From an uncultured Planctomycetota bacterium (GTDB lineage Bacteria; Planctomycetota; Planctomycetia; Isosphaerales; Isosphaeraceae): a DNA stretch of 64,000 nt. The first letter of the stretch is position 1. The number at the start of each line of letters is the position of its first letter. Shown one piece after another: positions 44,514 through 55,046 of this stretch. The position numbers and the translations under genes are program-made. The notes under the pieces are model-generated. The model was given only the letters and a program-made list of their open reading frames with translations. It was not told the origin of the DNA and searched no databases. The stretch is from the NCBI GenBank assembly GCA_963779785.1, contig CAWAAW010000040.1, positions 1 to 64,000 of the forward strand, written 5' to 3'.

Positions 44514-45620
44514 ATGACACCAATCAGGTCCCTCTCGACCTTGTTCGTCCTGGCTCTCGTCGGTTGTGACAACGAGTCACTGCCGACAGGTATTGTGCCC
44601 GAAGCGTCCCGACCCGCTCCCGAAGCCAAGTCGGCAATTCGTTTAGAAGAGGGGATGCCGTCGCAAGCGCCGGCTCCGCTAGCATTTGGCACCCAGATGA
44701 TGGGCCGAGGGATGATGGGCGGCGGGATGATGGGCGGCATGAGCGGGATGATGGGTAAGCTCGCCGGCGGCGAAACTCAGGGTGAGGCCAAGTCGAAAGC
44801 CGCCATTCCGCTCGAAGTCCAGCCGAATTCAGTCGTTCCGCCGGCGATCTCGCGCAAGATCATGTACGATGCCCAGGTGGATCTGGTCGTCGAAAGCGTG
44901 GACCCGATTGCCAAGAAAGTCGGCACCCTCGTCCAGGAGGCCCGGGGATATATCGCCGAGCAGAACGTCGTCGGATCACCCGGTTCGCTGCGCTCGATGC
45001 GCTGGCGGATCCGCGTCCCGGTCGAACAGTTCGATTCCTTGGTCGAGTCGATCGTTGCACTGGGCGAGCTGGAACGGAATAACCGCACGTCGCAGGATGT
45101 GAGCGAGCAGTATTACGACCTCGAGGCACGCATCAAGAACAAGAAGGTGGAGGAGCAGACACTCAACAAGATCCTCCAGGAACGTTCGGGCAAGCTGGAA
45201 GACGTGCTCAAGATCGAAATCGAGCTGAGTCGCGTTCGCGGCGAGATCGAACAGCTCGAGGGCAAGATCCGGGTCATCGAGAACCTCTCATCACTGGCAA
45301 CCTTGACCCTGAATATCCGTGAGCGGGATAAGTATGCACCTCCACCGCCGGTCGTCGCCGATTTTTCGACTCAGATCGCCCGGACGTGGAATGGCTCGAT
45401 GCAAAGCCTGGTCGACCTGGGCAAGTCCATCGTTCTTTGGGTTGTCAGCTGGGTGATCTGGTTTCCATTCTGGTTGATCGGCGCACTCGTCGCCTGGATC
45501 GCGCTGCGCATACTGCTTCGTATCTTCCTGCGGAATCTTCCCCGGATGGTCGCACTCGCGCGAACGCCGATCTTTCCACCTCGCACGCCGCCGCCTGCCA
45601 GCGAGCCAGCACATGAGTAA
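44514..45620 (+). CDS. DUF4349-like lipoprotein with a Met/Gly-rich repeat and a C-terminal TM segment
   Basis: The lipobox reads LVGCDNE. The repeat is GRGMMGGGMMGGMSGMMGK. The protein has coiled-coil sequence and is intact. Confidence 0.7.
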   Translation: MTPIRSLSTLFVLALVGCDNESLPTGIVPEASRPAPEAKSAIRLEEGMPSQAPAPLAFGTQMMGRGMMGGGMMGGMSGMMGKLAGGETQGEAKSKAAIPLEVQPNSVVPPAISRKIMYDAQVDLVVESVDPIAKKVGTLVQEARGYIAEQNVVGSPGSLRSMRWRIRVPVEQFDSLVESIVALGELERNNRTSQDVSEQYYDLEARIKNKKVEEQTLNKILQERSGKLEDVLKIEIELSRVRGEIEQLEGKIRVIENLSSLATLTLNIRERDKYAPPPPVVADFSTQIARTWNGSMQSLVDLGKSIVLWVVSWVIWFPFWLIGALVAWIALRILLRIFLRNLPRMVALARTPIFPPRTPPPASEPAHE

Positions 45621-45810
45621 ATAAGTAAGGAAACGACAAAATGACCACACACTCGGCTGGCGTGGTCGCCGGACAGAGCCGGCTCCTACAGGATTCGTAG
45701 GTGGGAGCTCCGTCTCCCGATCCCGGTATCTGGGCTGACCTCGGAGTTCCCGGCTTGGTATGATCGGGTAGGCGATCTTTCGCGGTGATTCCTGTTTTTC
45801 CCTCGGCAAA

Positions 45811-47679
45811 ATGATGCCAGTCGACCTGAGCGAGGCCCTGGAGGAACACCGGCGGGGAAACATCGAGCGGGCCGCTCTGTGTCTATCAGGCGGCCCTGGC
45901 GGAGAACCCCGATCACCCGGACGCGCTCCATCTCCTGGGCGTGGTGGCATCCAGCAAGGGGATCCGAAGCAAGCTGAGCTGCTGATCGGCCGGGCGGCCG
46001 CCCTCCGGCCCGGCGACGCGGCCATCCACGCCAACCTTGGCGAAGTGTATCGGCTACTCGGCGACAACGACCGAGCCATCGAATGTTGCCGGACCGCCCT
46101 GCGAATTCAGCCCGACTACCCGGAGGTTCACAGTAACCTGGGGTTGGCGCTGGTGCGCCGAGGAGACCTCAACGACGCGATCGGCCATTTCCGTGAAGCC
46201 ATCCGGCTCAAGCCGGATTTCATCTCGGCCCACTACAGCCTCGGCGAGGCACTCTGGCGGACCGGTGACAAGGTCGTCGGCTCTGGTGCATTTCCGCCAG
46301 GCCGTGTTGCTCGATCCCGCGTCGGCCGAGGCTCGCTGTAACTTGGGCCGAGCACTCATGGAGCAAGGTGCGCACCAGGAGGCCGTCATCCACTGCCAGG
46401 AGGCCGTCCGCCTTCGCCCTGACATGGCGGCAGCTCACAACAACCTGGGCAACGCCTTGCAATCGCTCGGCCGGCTCGACGAAGCCAAGGCTTGCCTGCT
46501 CGAGTCGATACGGCTCGATCCCGGCTCAGACCGCGAGTCACGCCAGCCTGGCCAACGTCTGGGAACAGCTCGGCGAGTTTGACCGGGCGCTCGATTCCCT
46601 TCGCGAGGTTTTGCGGTGCGATCCTCGCCACGCCGGCGCGCTGGCCCGGCTGGCGACGCGTCTTCGCGATCAGCTCCCCGAAGCCGAACAGGCCACGATC
46701 GAGAGCCTGCTGGCCGATCCCAAGCTCGCGCTGGAGCCCCGCTTCCAATTGCAATTCGGCCTGGCCCAGGTGCTCGATGCCAGGAACGAGTTTGACCGCG
46801 CCGCCGAGCTGACCATCCATGCCAATGCCCTCCAGCTCGCCGATTTCCGAAACCGCGGCCTGGTCTATGACCACCAGGCCCATCACACGATCATCGACCA
46901 GTTGATCGCGGCCTTCTCGACTCCGTTTTTTGAGCGAGTCCGCGGGTTTGGCCTGGAGACGGAACGGCCGGTTTTCATCGTGGGCCTGCCCCGGTCGGGC
47001 ACTTCGCTGACCGAGCAAATCCTGGCAAGCCACCCTCGCGTGTTTGGCGCAGGCGAGCTGAAACTGGCGCGGCGACGTCCTGGAAACGCTCCGCGGCTCG
47101 ATCGACCGTCGGGACACGCCGCTCGTCTGCCTGGAATACCTCGACCGCGAGTCCACGAGGCATCTGGCCCGCCATTACCTGAACGAGCTGGCGGCGCTCA
47201 ACGACTCGGCCGACCGCGTCGTGGACAAGATGCCCGACAACACGGTCTACCTCGGCCTGATCGCCACACTGTTCCCGCGGGCGAAATTGATCCATTGCCG
47301 CCGCGACGTCCGCGACGTGGCTCTGTCGTGCTGGATGACGAACTTCCGAGACGTCCGCTGGGCGTGCGACCCGGATCAGATCGCCGCGCGAATCGAGGAG
47401 CACGAACGATTGATGGAACACTGGCGCCGGGTGCTGCCCGTGCCGATGCTCGAGGTCGATTACGAGGCGATGGTGACCGACATCGAGAAATGGGCGCGGG
47501 CGATCGTGGCCTGGTGCGGCCTGGAGTGGGAGCCGGCCTGCCTGGAGTTTCACAAGACCCGGCGCCCCGTGCGCACCTCGAGCGTGGCCCAGGTCCGCCA
47601 GCCCGTTTACACCAGTTCCGTCGGCCGTTGGAAAAACTACGAACAGTCGCTGAAATCGCTGTTCGCGAAGCTCAAATGA
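45811..47679 (+). CDS. TPR-repeat plus sulfotransferase-domain protein; fragmented over about 4 frames
   Basis: The TPR region reads AIHANLGEVYRLLGDNDRAIECCRTALRIQPDYPEVHSNLG... The sulfotransferase region reads PVFIVGLPRSGTSLTEQILASHPRVFGAGEL and ...LFPRAKLIHCRRDVRDVALSCWM. Confidence 0.7.
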
Positions 47680-47714
47680 GCATGAATCGGTCGATGATGG
47701 ATCCTACCCTCTTC

Positions 47715-49440
47715 TTATGGCACCTCAATGATCACGTTGTTCTTGGAGAGGATCGCGATGGCGTTGCTCCCGGCCTGGCCGAGGTTCGGCAGCGTCGAGA
47801 TAGCGGCCGAGGCTGTCCTGGAGCCCTGAGGGGCCGCTCCGTCGATGAGAAGCTGGACCGGCTTTTTCAGGGTAAACGGCTTGGTCGGCGTCAGAGTGAC
47901 ACTGTCGCTTCGCGCCGGTATACACGGCCTTCTTGAGATGGATGATGCCCGCGTTTTTGGCCGTGTACGAACCGTGCTTGCCCGGAGTGGCCAGGCGGTA
48001 GAACGCCTTATTGTTGGCTTCGGTGAAGTCGAGGGCACCGCTGAAGATCGCGATGACTTTCACGACTTGATGCTGTTTGTTCATCATTAAGCTCGACGTT
48101 GCTCAGGGTAACGGGGCTGCTTGGTGCATGTGACGGAGATCGTGACTGTCCCCGCGTTGCTGGTCGCGGCGGCGGCTGTCGAATTCGGCCCGGTCGCCTC
48201 GACCTGGTACTGAAACGTATCCGTGCCCAAGAATCCCGAATTCGGCGTGTAGGTAAACGTACCGGTCGAGGGGTTGAAGTTGCTGATCGTGCCGTCTTTC
48301 GGGCTCGACAGGCGAGTGAATACGTCAGCGGCACTGTCACAGTTAGGTCGGGAAACGTATTCTGGCCGGCCAACTGGACTTGCTGGGCGGCGTTCAGGGA
48401 ACCGCTTGACGATGGTGGGATTTGCATAGGGCTTGAAATTGATATGACTTCCAATAAATGAAGAGGAGGTCGGTCCCCCGTACGGCCCCGACGCGTGACG
48501 TTGAAGGTCTCGGATGATTGCGAGCGCCGTTGGGGTCAATCGCGGTCACCGTGATGGTGGCCGTCTCGCCCGGTTTGGCCTGAGTCGTGTCGATGATGGC
48601 CACGCCGTTGGGATTGGTCGCGGACAGTCGTCGCCGAGGTGATCGTGAGAGGATTCACCGGCTCGGAACTTCTCACCTGTGAAGGAATTCGTCATCACCG
48701 GAATCTGGGTGATCTGTGCCAGGGTCGTCTGCCCGCTGACCAACTGACCGAAAATGGTGTAGTTGTATCCAAGCTCGGCGTTCGGCGATCCGGTTGTGAT
48801 GAAGAACTGCGATGAATTGACTGGCGGCCCCACCGGCATTGGCCATCGCCAGTTGATCGGTGCCCGTGAACGCTAATTGTTGCACGTTTTCATTGGCCAA
48901 ATGGTCTCCGGCGAACTGGTCTGTTCGCCGGTCAACGTTGGCGAGCCGCCTTGAACGACAAAATCCGTGGCATTCGGAAAGCCGCCCACGACGCGGCTGA
49001 AGTACTTGCCGGTGTTGAGGAAATACCCGTCGGTGATGAGGGTTGTGATCTCACTGACCGTCGTCGGCGTCAGGCTCTGGAACAGTTGAAACGTCAGGGA
49101 ACCGCTAAAGGAATTCGCTGGAATTGGTCGGATCCGTATACGACACGCCGACAGTCCAGAACTCTCCTTGCGGGACGGTTACCGCGATATCCGGGTTGCT
49201 GGATGTGACCAAGTAGTTCAGGGGGTCAGCGGCCGGAGACGACGCGAGCAGCGGGACCGTATAACCCTGAAGCGCGGGGACGGAGACGTTCGCGATCGGT
49301 TGCAGCAAGGCCGCTAATAACTGTCGGTCCTCCAAAAGTTCGGGCTGAAGCCGGAGGGTTGACCGGCGTCCTTGCCGTGACCGGGTTCTCGGCGTCTGCC
49401 GTTTAGTCGAGCGGCGTCGACCACAAATGGAGTCCCACAT
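47715..49440 (-). pseudogene. decayed tandem paralog of the cyclophilin/Ig-domain secreted protein; at least 5 frame breaks and deletions
   Basis: It is ~85-90% identical at nucleotide level to 49928-51638. Pieces lie in ORFs 49105-49497, 48673-48900, 48546-48839, 48087-48539 and 47715-48087. Confidence 0.5.
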
Positions 49441-49609
49441 CCTCGATGTCCTTTCGCAGCAGCTTTCCTGTCTCGATGCATGTCTGGTATTGCTCAACGC
49501 AACCCGTTCGGAGCAGCTAGCATTGTGCCAATCGAAACGGAATCAGCCCCGAGAGCTCGGGGGATTAGAACGGTTCACGGTCGGGTGCCCCACGGGCAAT
49601 AGTTACCCT

Positions 49610-49654
49610 GAAGCGTGAGCGAGGCGACAAAGTCGGAATCCTCGCTCACGCTTC
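49610..49654. terminator. hairpin with a perfect 15-bp stem (GAAGCGTGAGCGAGG/CCTCGCTCACGCTTC) and a 15-nt loop, between the two cyclophilin-Ig copies
   Basis: Direct reading. Confidence 0.5.
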
Positions 49655-49927
49655 GGGTTAGTATCATGCCCGTCGCTATCGCGATGCGCGCGACTCACGA
49701 GGGAACCGCAAGAACCTGATCCCGCCCTGTCAAACAATCCATTGATGGCGCTCGAATCGAGTGATCACGGAGATAAGTTTTGACGTATGGTCTCACAAAT
49801 CGAATCGTATTCGCATTGAGGGAGACGACAACGAGTTCGGCGGTAACGGCCGTCAAGAGCATCGTTGCTTCCCCCAGCAAAACGTCAGCGGTCCCGGCCT
49901 TTACACCCTGGTCATCGCCCCATCATG

Positions 49928-51638
49928 CTATTCCACCTCAATGGTCACGCCGTTCTGGGAGAGGATCGCGATGACGTTGCTGCCGGCCTGGCCGAGGTCG
50001 GCAGCGTCGAGATAGCGGCCGAGGCCGTCCTGGAGCCCTGAGGAAGCGGATCCGCGGATGAGAAGCTGGACCGGTTTTCTCAAGGTGAACGGCTTGATCG
50101 GCGTCAGAGTGACGCTGTCGCTCGCGCCGGTATACACAACCTTCTTGAGATGGATGATGCCTGCGTTTTTGGCCGTGTACGAACCGCGCTTGCCCGGAGT
50201 AGCCAGCCGGTAGAACGATTTATTGTTGGCTTCGGTGAAGTCGAGAGCACCGCTAAAGATCGCGACGACTTCGGTGACTTGATGCTGTTTATTCATGATC
50301 AACTCGACTTTGCTCAGGGTAACGGCTGATGCATTGACGGAGATCGTAACGGTTCCCGGGTTACTGATCGCGGCCGCTGCCGACGAGTTCGGCCCGGTCG
50401 CCTCGACCTGGTATTGAAACGTATCCGTGCCCATGAATCCCGAATTGGGCGTGTACGTAAACGTACCGGTCGAGGAGTTGAAGTTACTGATCGTGCCGTG
50501 TTTAGGATTCGAGGCGAGTCCATAAGTCAGCGGCACTGTGGCAGTCGGGTCGGGAAACGTATTCTGCCCGGCTAACTGAACTTGCAAGGCGGTATCGAAC
50601 GGTCCGCTTGCCGTGGTCGGATTGGCATACGGTTTAAAATTGACATTTCCAATCGTTGAGGACGAGGTCGGACCCGCGTAGGCCCCGACCGTGACGTCGA
50701 AGGTCTGGGCTACGTGAGTGCCGCTGAGGTCGATCGCGTACACGGTGATAGTCGCCGTCTCGCCGGGTTTCGCCTGGGTCGTGTCGATGATGGCCACACC
50801 ATCGGGATCGGTGCTGGACATCGTCGTCGAGGTGATCGTGAGGGGATTCACCGGCTCGGAATCCTCGCCGCCGAGGAGGAGATTCTGCATCACCGGAATC
50901 CGGATGATCTGTGCCAGGGTCGCCTGCCCGCTGACCAACTGACCGAATATGGTGTAGTTGTATCCGAGCGCAGCGTTCGGCGATCCGGTCGTGATGAAGA
51001 ACTGCGATGAATTGCTGTCGGGCTGCCCGGTGTTGGCCATCGCCAGTTGATCGGTGCCCGTGAACGCCAGTTGTTGCACATCTTCATTGGCGAACGTCAC
51101 CGGCGGGGTATCCTCTTCTCCGGTCGGGGTCGGCGAGCCGCCTTGAACGACGTAATCCGTGGCAGTCGGGAAGCCGGTCACGATGCGGCTGATATAATTG
51201 CCAGTACTCACGAAATAATTGTCGGTTGTCAGGTTTGTGATCTCACTGACCGTCGTCGGCGTCAGGCTCTGGAACAATTGAAACGTCAACGAACCGGTGA
51301 AGGAATTCGCTGGAGTGTTGGGATCGGTGTATGAAACGCCGACAGTCCAGAAGTTTCCTTGCGGGATGGTCACCGCGATATCCGGGTTGCTGGATGATGG
51401 CCACATAGTTCTGGGGATTAGCGGCGGAAGACGACGCGAGGAGAGGGACGGTATAACCCTGAAGCGCGGGCACGGAGACGTTCGCGATCGGCAGCAGCGA
51501 GACCACCAACAACTGTCGGTCCTCCAAGAGCTCGGGCTCAAGTCGGCGGTTCGACCGACGTCCTTGTCCTTGCCGTAACTGGCTTTTCGACGTCTGCCAC
51601 TTGGTCAAGACACACTTGGCTCGAATGGAGTCCCACAT
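49928..51638 (-). CDS. secreted multidomain protein with a cyclophilin-type PPIase domain plus Ig-like domains; one apparent frameshift near 51380
   Basis: The cyclophilin signature reads NSSQFFITTGSPNAALGYNYTIFGQLVSGQATL. The N-terminal RRLEPELLEDRQLL motif is conserved in both copies. Confidence 0.65.
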
Positions 51639-52025
51639 ACGCGATGTCCCTTTCGTGAAGACTGATGGCTTTCCGATGGATAATCCGTGTCTCGAATGAA
51701 TTGCGCAACACATTCGAAGAAACGAGAATGATGCCAATCCGAATTGAGCCGGCCCCGAGATCTCGCGGAATTGACTCGATTCGATTCGATTCGACCCGAC
51801 CCAGGGAAGAAATCGATCGACAGCGATAGAACGACGCAACGACGCAACAACGCGACCGATCGCTTACGAGTCGTATCGTATTCGATGGTTGCGGTGATTG
51901 GCAAGCAGGCGTCTTTCATTTGGAACGCGGCCCGGCCGTTGTGGTCGAATTGCTGGGCAGACGCTGACAGGGAATCCCGCGAGATCCGCCACCGAGGCTG
52001 TCCGTTCTGAAGGCGGAGGTGGCCC

Positions 52026-52475
52026 ATGGAAAATCGGTTCCTGATCTTCGCCGGGATCGTCGCCGTGGTGGTGATCGTGCTCGCCGTGTGCCTGGGTTGG
52101 ATGGACCCGAAGGACATCCCGCGCAAGCAACGCGTACGTCGTGGGACTGGGAACGTGATGCTTGGTCTCCAGCAGTTCATCGAGCCGTCGGTCGAGCATG
52201 TCTTCCAGGCTCAGAATGTCGAGCAGAAGGAGGAGGAAGACGACAACGGGCTCGGCGGGGACGAGGAACAGGAAGCGATCCGCTCCGACCTGGCTGGAGC
52301 GTTGAGCCGGACGCCGGTCGATCCCGAGGAGGTCCGGCGGCACCTCTCCACCGCCGCGCGGCTGGGGATGGATTGGAAGGCCCTGTTCGACCAGGTCGTC
52401 ACTGACGAGCTTCGAGCACGGCCGTTCCGAGCCCCGTCCATCCCCCCGGCAAAGCGCGTCGCACCGAGGGAGTGA
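52026..52475 (+). CDS. small single-pass membrane protein of 149 aa; hypothetical
   Basis: A GGAGGTG ribosome-binding site precedes the start. The TM segment reads LIFAGIVAVVVIVLAVCLGW, and an acidic stretch follows. The ORF is intact. Confidence 0.5.
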   Translation: MENRFLIFAGIVAVVVIVLAVCLGWMDPKDIPRKQRVRRGTGNVMLGLQQFIEPSVEHVFQAQNVEQKEEEDDNGLGGDEEQEAIRSDLAGALSRTPVDPEEVRRHLSTAARLGMDWKALFDQVVTDELRARPFRAPSIPPAKRVAPRE

Positions 52476-52504
52476 GTGACGACCATCGCGATGAACATCT
52501 TCAG

Positions 52505-52594
52505 GGTTTAGAATCGCGTTCGGCGCGGGTCTCGGCCACCCGAAGCGGATGCCGCCGGAGCTCCAATCCTGTTCGGCGCGGGTCTCCGACCCCG
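52505..52594. repeat. two imperfect 28-bp direct repeats (CGCGTTCGGCGCGGGTCTCGGCCACCCG and CCTGTTCGGCGCGGGTCTCCGACCCCGC) 62 bp apart
   Basis: Direct reading. They lie upstream of the ORF starting at 52645. Confidence 0.5.
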
Positions 52595-52644
52595 CTGGAC
52601 CGCCAAGAGCACGAACTTCCTCGTCTGCCGCCGACGCCCTGGAG

Positions 52645-53211
52645 ATGCTCGATCTACCGCAGCGAGCCCTCACCCTCTCGGAGACTGATCTCACTCTGAA
52701 CCAGCCCGGCATCTTGCCGCCCGGTGTTGAACGGCGGAGGTTAGACGCGGGTTCCTATGCCTTGCATCTCCCTGGGATGAACGAGGAGGTCCGCGTCACA
52801 ACCCAGGCCGAGGTCTTCGACGACCATTTCCAGAGCCACCCGTTTCTATCACCGGGCGGAAATCTGTTCGAGCAGATTGCCTCGCAGTGCCTGACCGATA
52901 ACGAGAGCGGCCCAACAGCCGGCGATGGCAAGATTTGGCTCGTGATTGACCAAACGACTCAGAACCTCCGGATTCTAGCTCGGCGAAGCTCATTGATGCT
53001 GGCTGTGACAATTACGTATGGTGTCCTCGGAATCCATCTCGGCCCTCGCCCGCCGAGCGGCTGCACGCACTCCGCCCCGTCATTGGCCGCGGCGTTCACG
53101 AGCGTGCTGACCGGGAGAGCCGGTTTTGCACGCCCGCTGACACGTGGGCAGCATTTCTGCAAACAACGGACGGCAACCCATTGCCTTCGCAAAATTTTAA
53201 GGATATATTGA
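52645..53211 (+). CDS. hypothetical protein
   Basis: A 188-aa ORF with no recognised family. Confidence 0.3.
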   Translation: MLDLPQRALTLSETDLTLNQPGILPPGVERRRLDAGSYALHLPGMNEEVRVTTQAEVFDDHFQSHPFLSPGGNLFEQIASQCLTDNESGPTAGDGKIWLVIDQTTQNLRILARRSSLMLAVTITYGVLGIHLGPRPPSGCTHSAPSLAAAFTSVLTGRAGFARPLTRGQHFCKQRTATHCLRKILRIY

Positions 53212-53284
53212 TAGTTTGAGACGCATTGTTCAAGGTGGACATCGCATAAGAGTCATGAATGTCCCCAACCGGAGGAACCGTAAG

Positions 53285-53407
53285 ATGACCACGCCCTGTG
53301 TTTCCAAGGAGCAGAAGGCCGCCCAGGCCTGGATCAAGCTTCGCGCCAAACGCGCCGCCGCCGTCGCCACCAAGCCCATCAAGCACGGCAAGAAGTCCGG
53401 CACGTAA
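53285..53407 (+). CDS. small basic protein of 40 aa (MTTPCVSKEQKAAQAWIKLRAKRAAAVATKPIKHGKKSGT)
   Basis: A GGAGGAA ribosome-binding site lies 7 nt upstream of the ATG. A strong palindrome follows the stop. Confidence 0.35.
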   Translation: MTTPCVSKEQKAAQAWIKLRAKRAAAVATKPIKHGKKSGT

Positions 53408-53412
53408 AAGCC

Positions 53413-53472
53413 CGTGAGTAGCATCGGACCAGTTATGTGGTTGACCACATAAACTTCCGATGCTACTCACGC
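53413..53472. terminator. 60-nt compound near-perfect palindrome: an outer perfect 16-bp stem (CGTGAGTAGCATCGGA) and an inner perfect 9-bp stem (TTATGTGGT)
   Basis: Direct reading. It sits between convergent ORFs. Confidence 0.6.
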
Positions 53473-54062
53473 CCCGACTTCGCGGCCAGACTTTTATCGT
53501 TCCTGGGATGGTCCGCCCTTTCCCCGCTCCGGCTTGGTCCGTGATGGCCGTGAGGAGGAGTGACTACCTGTCCGACGCTCTTGGGACGCCGCCCACCTAC
53601 CTGGTTTTCCGGTGTCTGCGCCGTATCGCCCTCACTCGTCGTAAGTGACTCCGCCTTTGCCTTCGCATCCGCTCGCGGCGGAGCGACCGCCATGCCCGAT
53701 CCGGTCTGGAAGGCATAAATCTCCACATGATCGAGCTTAGCCCCTTCGATCACGACATCAAACGCAAAATGAGGGCGCTGATAGCAATCGCTGCTCTGAT
53801 TCGCGCATAACTCCGGCTCCGACAACTTGCTGAGATAGGCGACGCTGGCGTCGGAGAGCGTGAATTTCTGCCCATGGGGAGCTTGTCCCACTTCTCCTGC
53901 ACCAAAGCCGTGAATTGTTGCCAGTCGCCGGCGATCTGTTACCACGTCATGAGGTACCCTCCTCGAGGGTTTTTCTCTGAGAGTCGATCGATTGTCCCGC
54001 CTCACGGTTGGGAGGCGGTATGGCCGCGGGACCGCCGGCTCGGGTTGAGCACAGAAGCTCAC
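53463..54062 (-). CDS. hypothetical protein
   Basis: The protein-like core reads DASVAYLSKLSEPELCANQSSDCYQRPHFAFDVVIEGAKLDHVEIYAFQ. The boundaries are unsure. Confidence 0.3.
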   Translation of the reverse strand: MSFCAQPEPAVPRPYRLPTVRRDNRSTLREKPSRRVPHDVVTDRRRLATIHGFGAGEVGQAPHGQKFTLSDASVAYLSKLSEPELCANQSSDCYQRPHFAFDVVIEGAKLDHVEIYAFQTGSGMAVAPPRADAKAKAESLTTSEGDTAQTPENQVGGRRPKSVGQVVTPPHGHHGPSRSGERADHPRNDKSLAAKSGRE

Positions 54063-54866
54063 CAGGTCGGGACCAGATCATTGGCCCGTCAGAAACGACC
54101 GGGAAGGTAACCGGCGACCACGAGAATCAGCACGACTACCACAAGCAATCCCAAGCGGCCGCTTGGTCCATAACCCCAGTTCCGGCTATATTTACAGCAA
54201 TCTGGTCGCTACTCTTGGTTAGATCCAACCAGACGCAACACCGGGGTTTCGACCGGGGAATGAGATACGCCGCGACGGGCCTTCGATGGCTGAATGCATG
54301 AACGGAATGTGAGAACGTTCTCACGTTCCATCGACCTTGATTGCTTCGCTTCCATCTTCTCTCTGATGTCTTCGCATCTCTCTCGCATGTCAATCAGTAA
54401 AGATAGTTTATTGCGTCGTTGTCGCTGTCTCTCGTCATGGCACGTTCCCTGTGAAGGAAAGCACCACCAGCAAACGAAGTCGGGCTCCCTTGCGGCGTCG
54501 GTTCCCGGTGGGTCGGAACCATGCCGCATCACGCCTCTGTGGCTCTCGACAGATCTACTATACCAATATTCCGAGATCGATGCAATCGAAATGTCAAACG
54601 ATTTTGAATCAAACAAACATTAATGTTCATGATCCACCAACTGTCACTCTGCATGCAATCTCGTTGGCAGCCCATCGGCATGTCTCGCGGGTCTCGTATG
54701 TGCAATCCACGGCATGCACCGGGGGCATGTTCGTAGCCATGTTACCTGCTGCATTCAGAAATCCAGGTATTTGCATTTTGCGCGTTCGTTGGTTAGGATC
54801 GTCCCTAACCCCCGGGATGGGCTGCCGTATTCGCTCAGGGTGAAACCATCAGGGAAGGAGTCATCC

Positions 54867-55046
54867 ATGCTGGTCTTGTCTCGCAAACTCGGTGAGAGGA
54901 TCGTGATCGGCGATCGAATCGTGGTGACGGTGGTGAAGCTGGATCACAGTCAAGTGCGGCTGGGCATCGAAGCCCCCCGGGAGATTGGGGTCTTCCGCGA
55001 GGAGATCGCTCCTTGTCTTCACCCCTTGGTGCAACCGATCGGCTGA
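54867..55046 (+). CDS. csrA: carbon storage regulator CsrA (59 aa)
   Basis: The sequence MLVLSRKLGERIVIGDRIVVTVVKLDHSQVRLGIEAPREIGVFREEI matches the CsrA fold signature. A GGAAGGAG ribosome-binding site precedes the start. Confidence 0.85.
   Translation: MLVLSRKLGERIVIGDRIVVTVVKLDHSQVRLGIEAPREIGVFREEIAPCLHPLVQPIG

Noticed and set aside
54300-54860. CsrB/RsmZ-like GGA-rich sRNA upstream of csrA
   Set aside because: GGA motifs are not visibly enriched over background and no repeated stem-loop-GGA pattern was seen. I kept only the general note about a long AT-rich leader.
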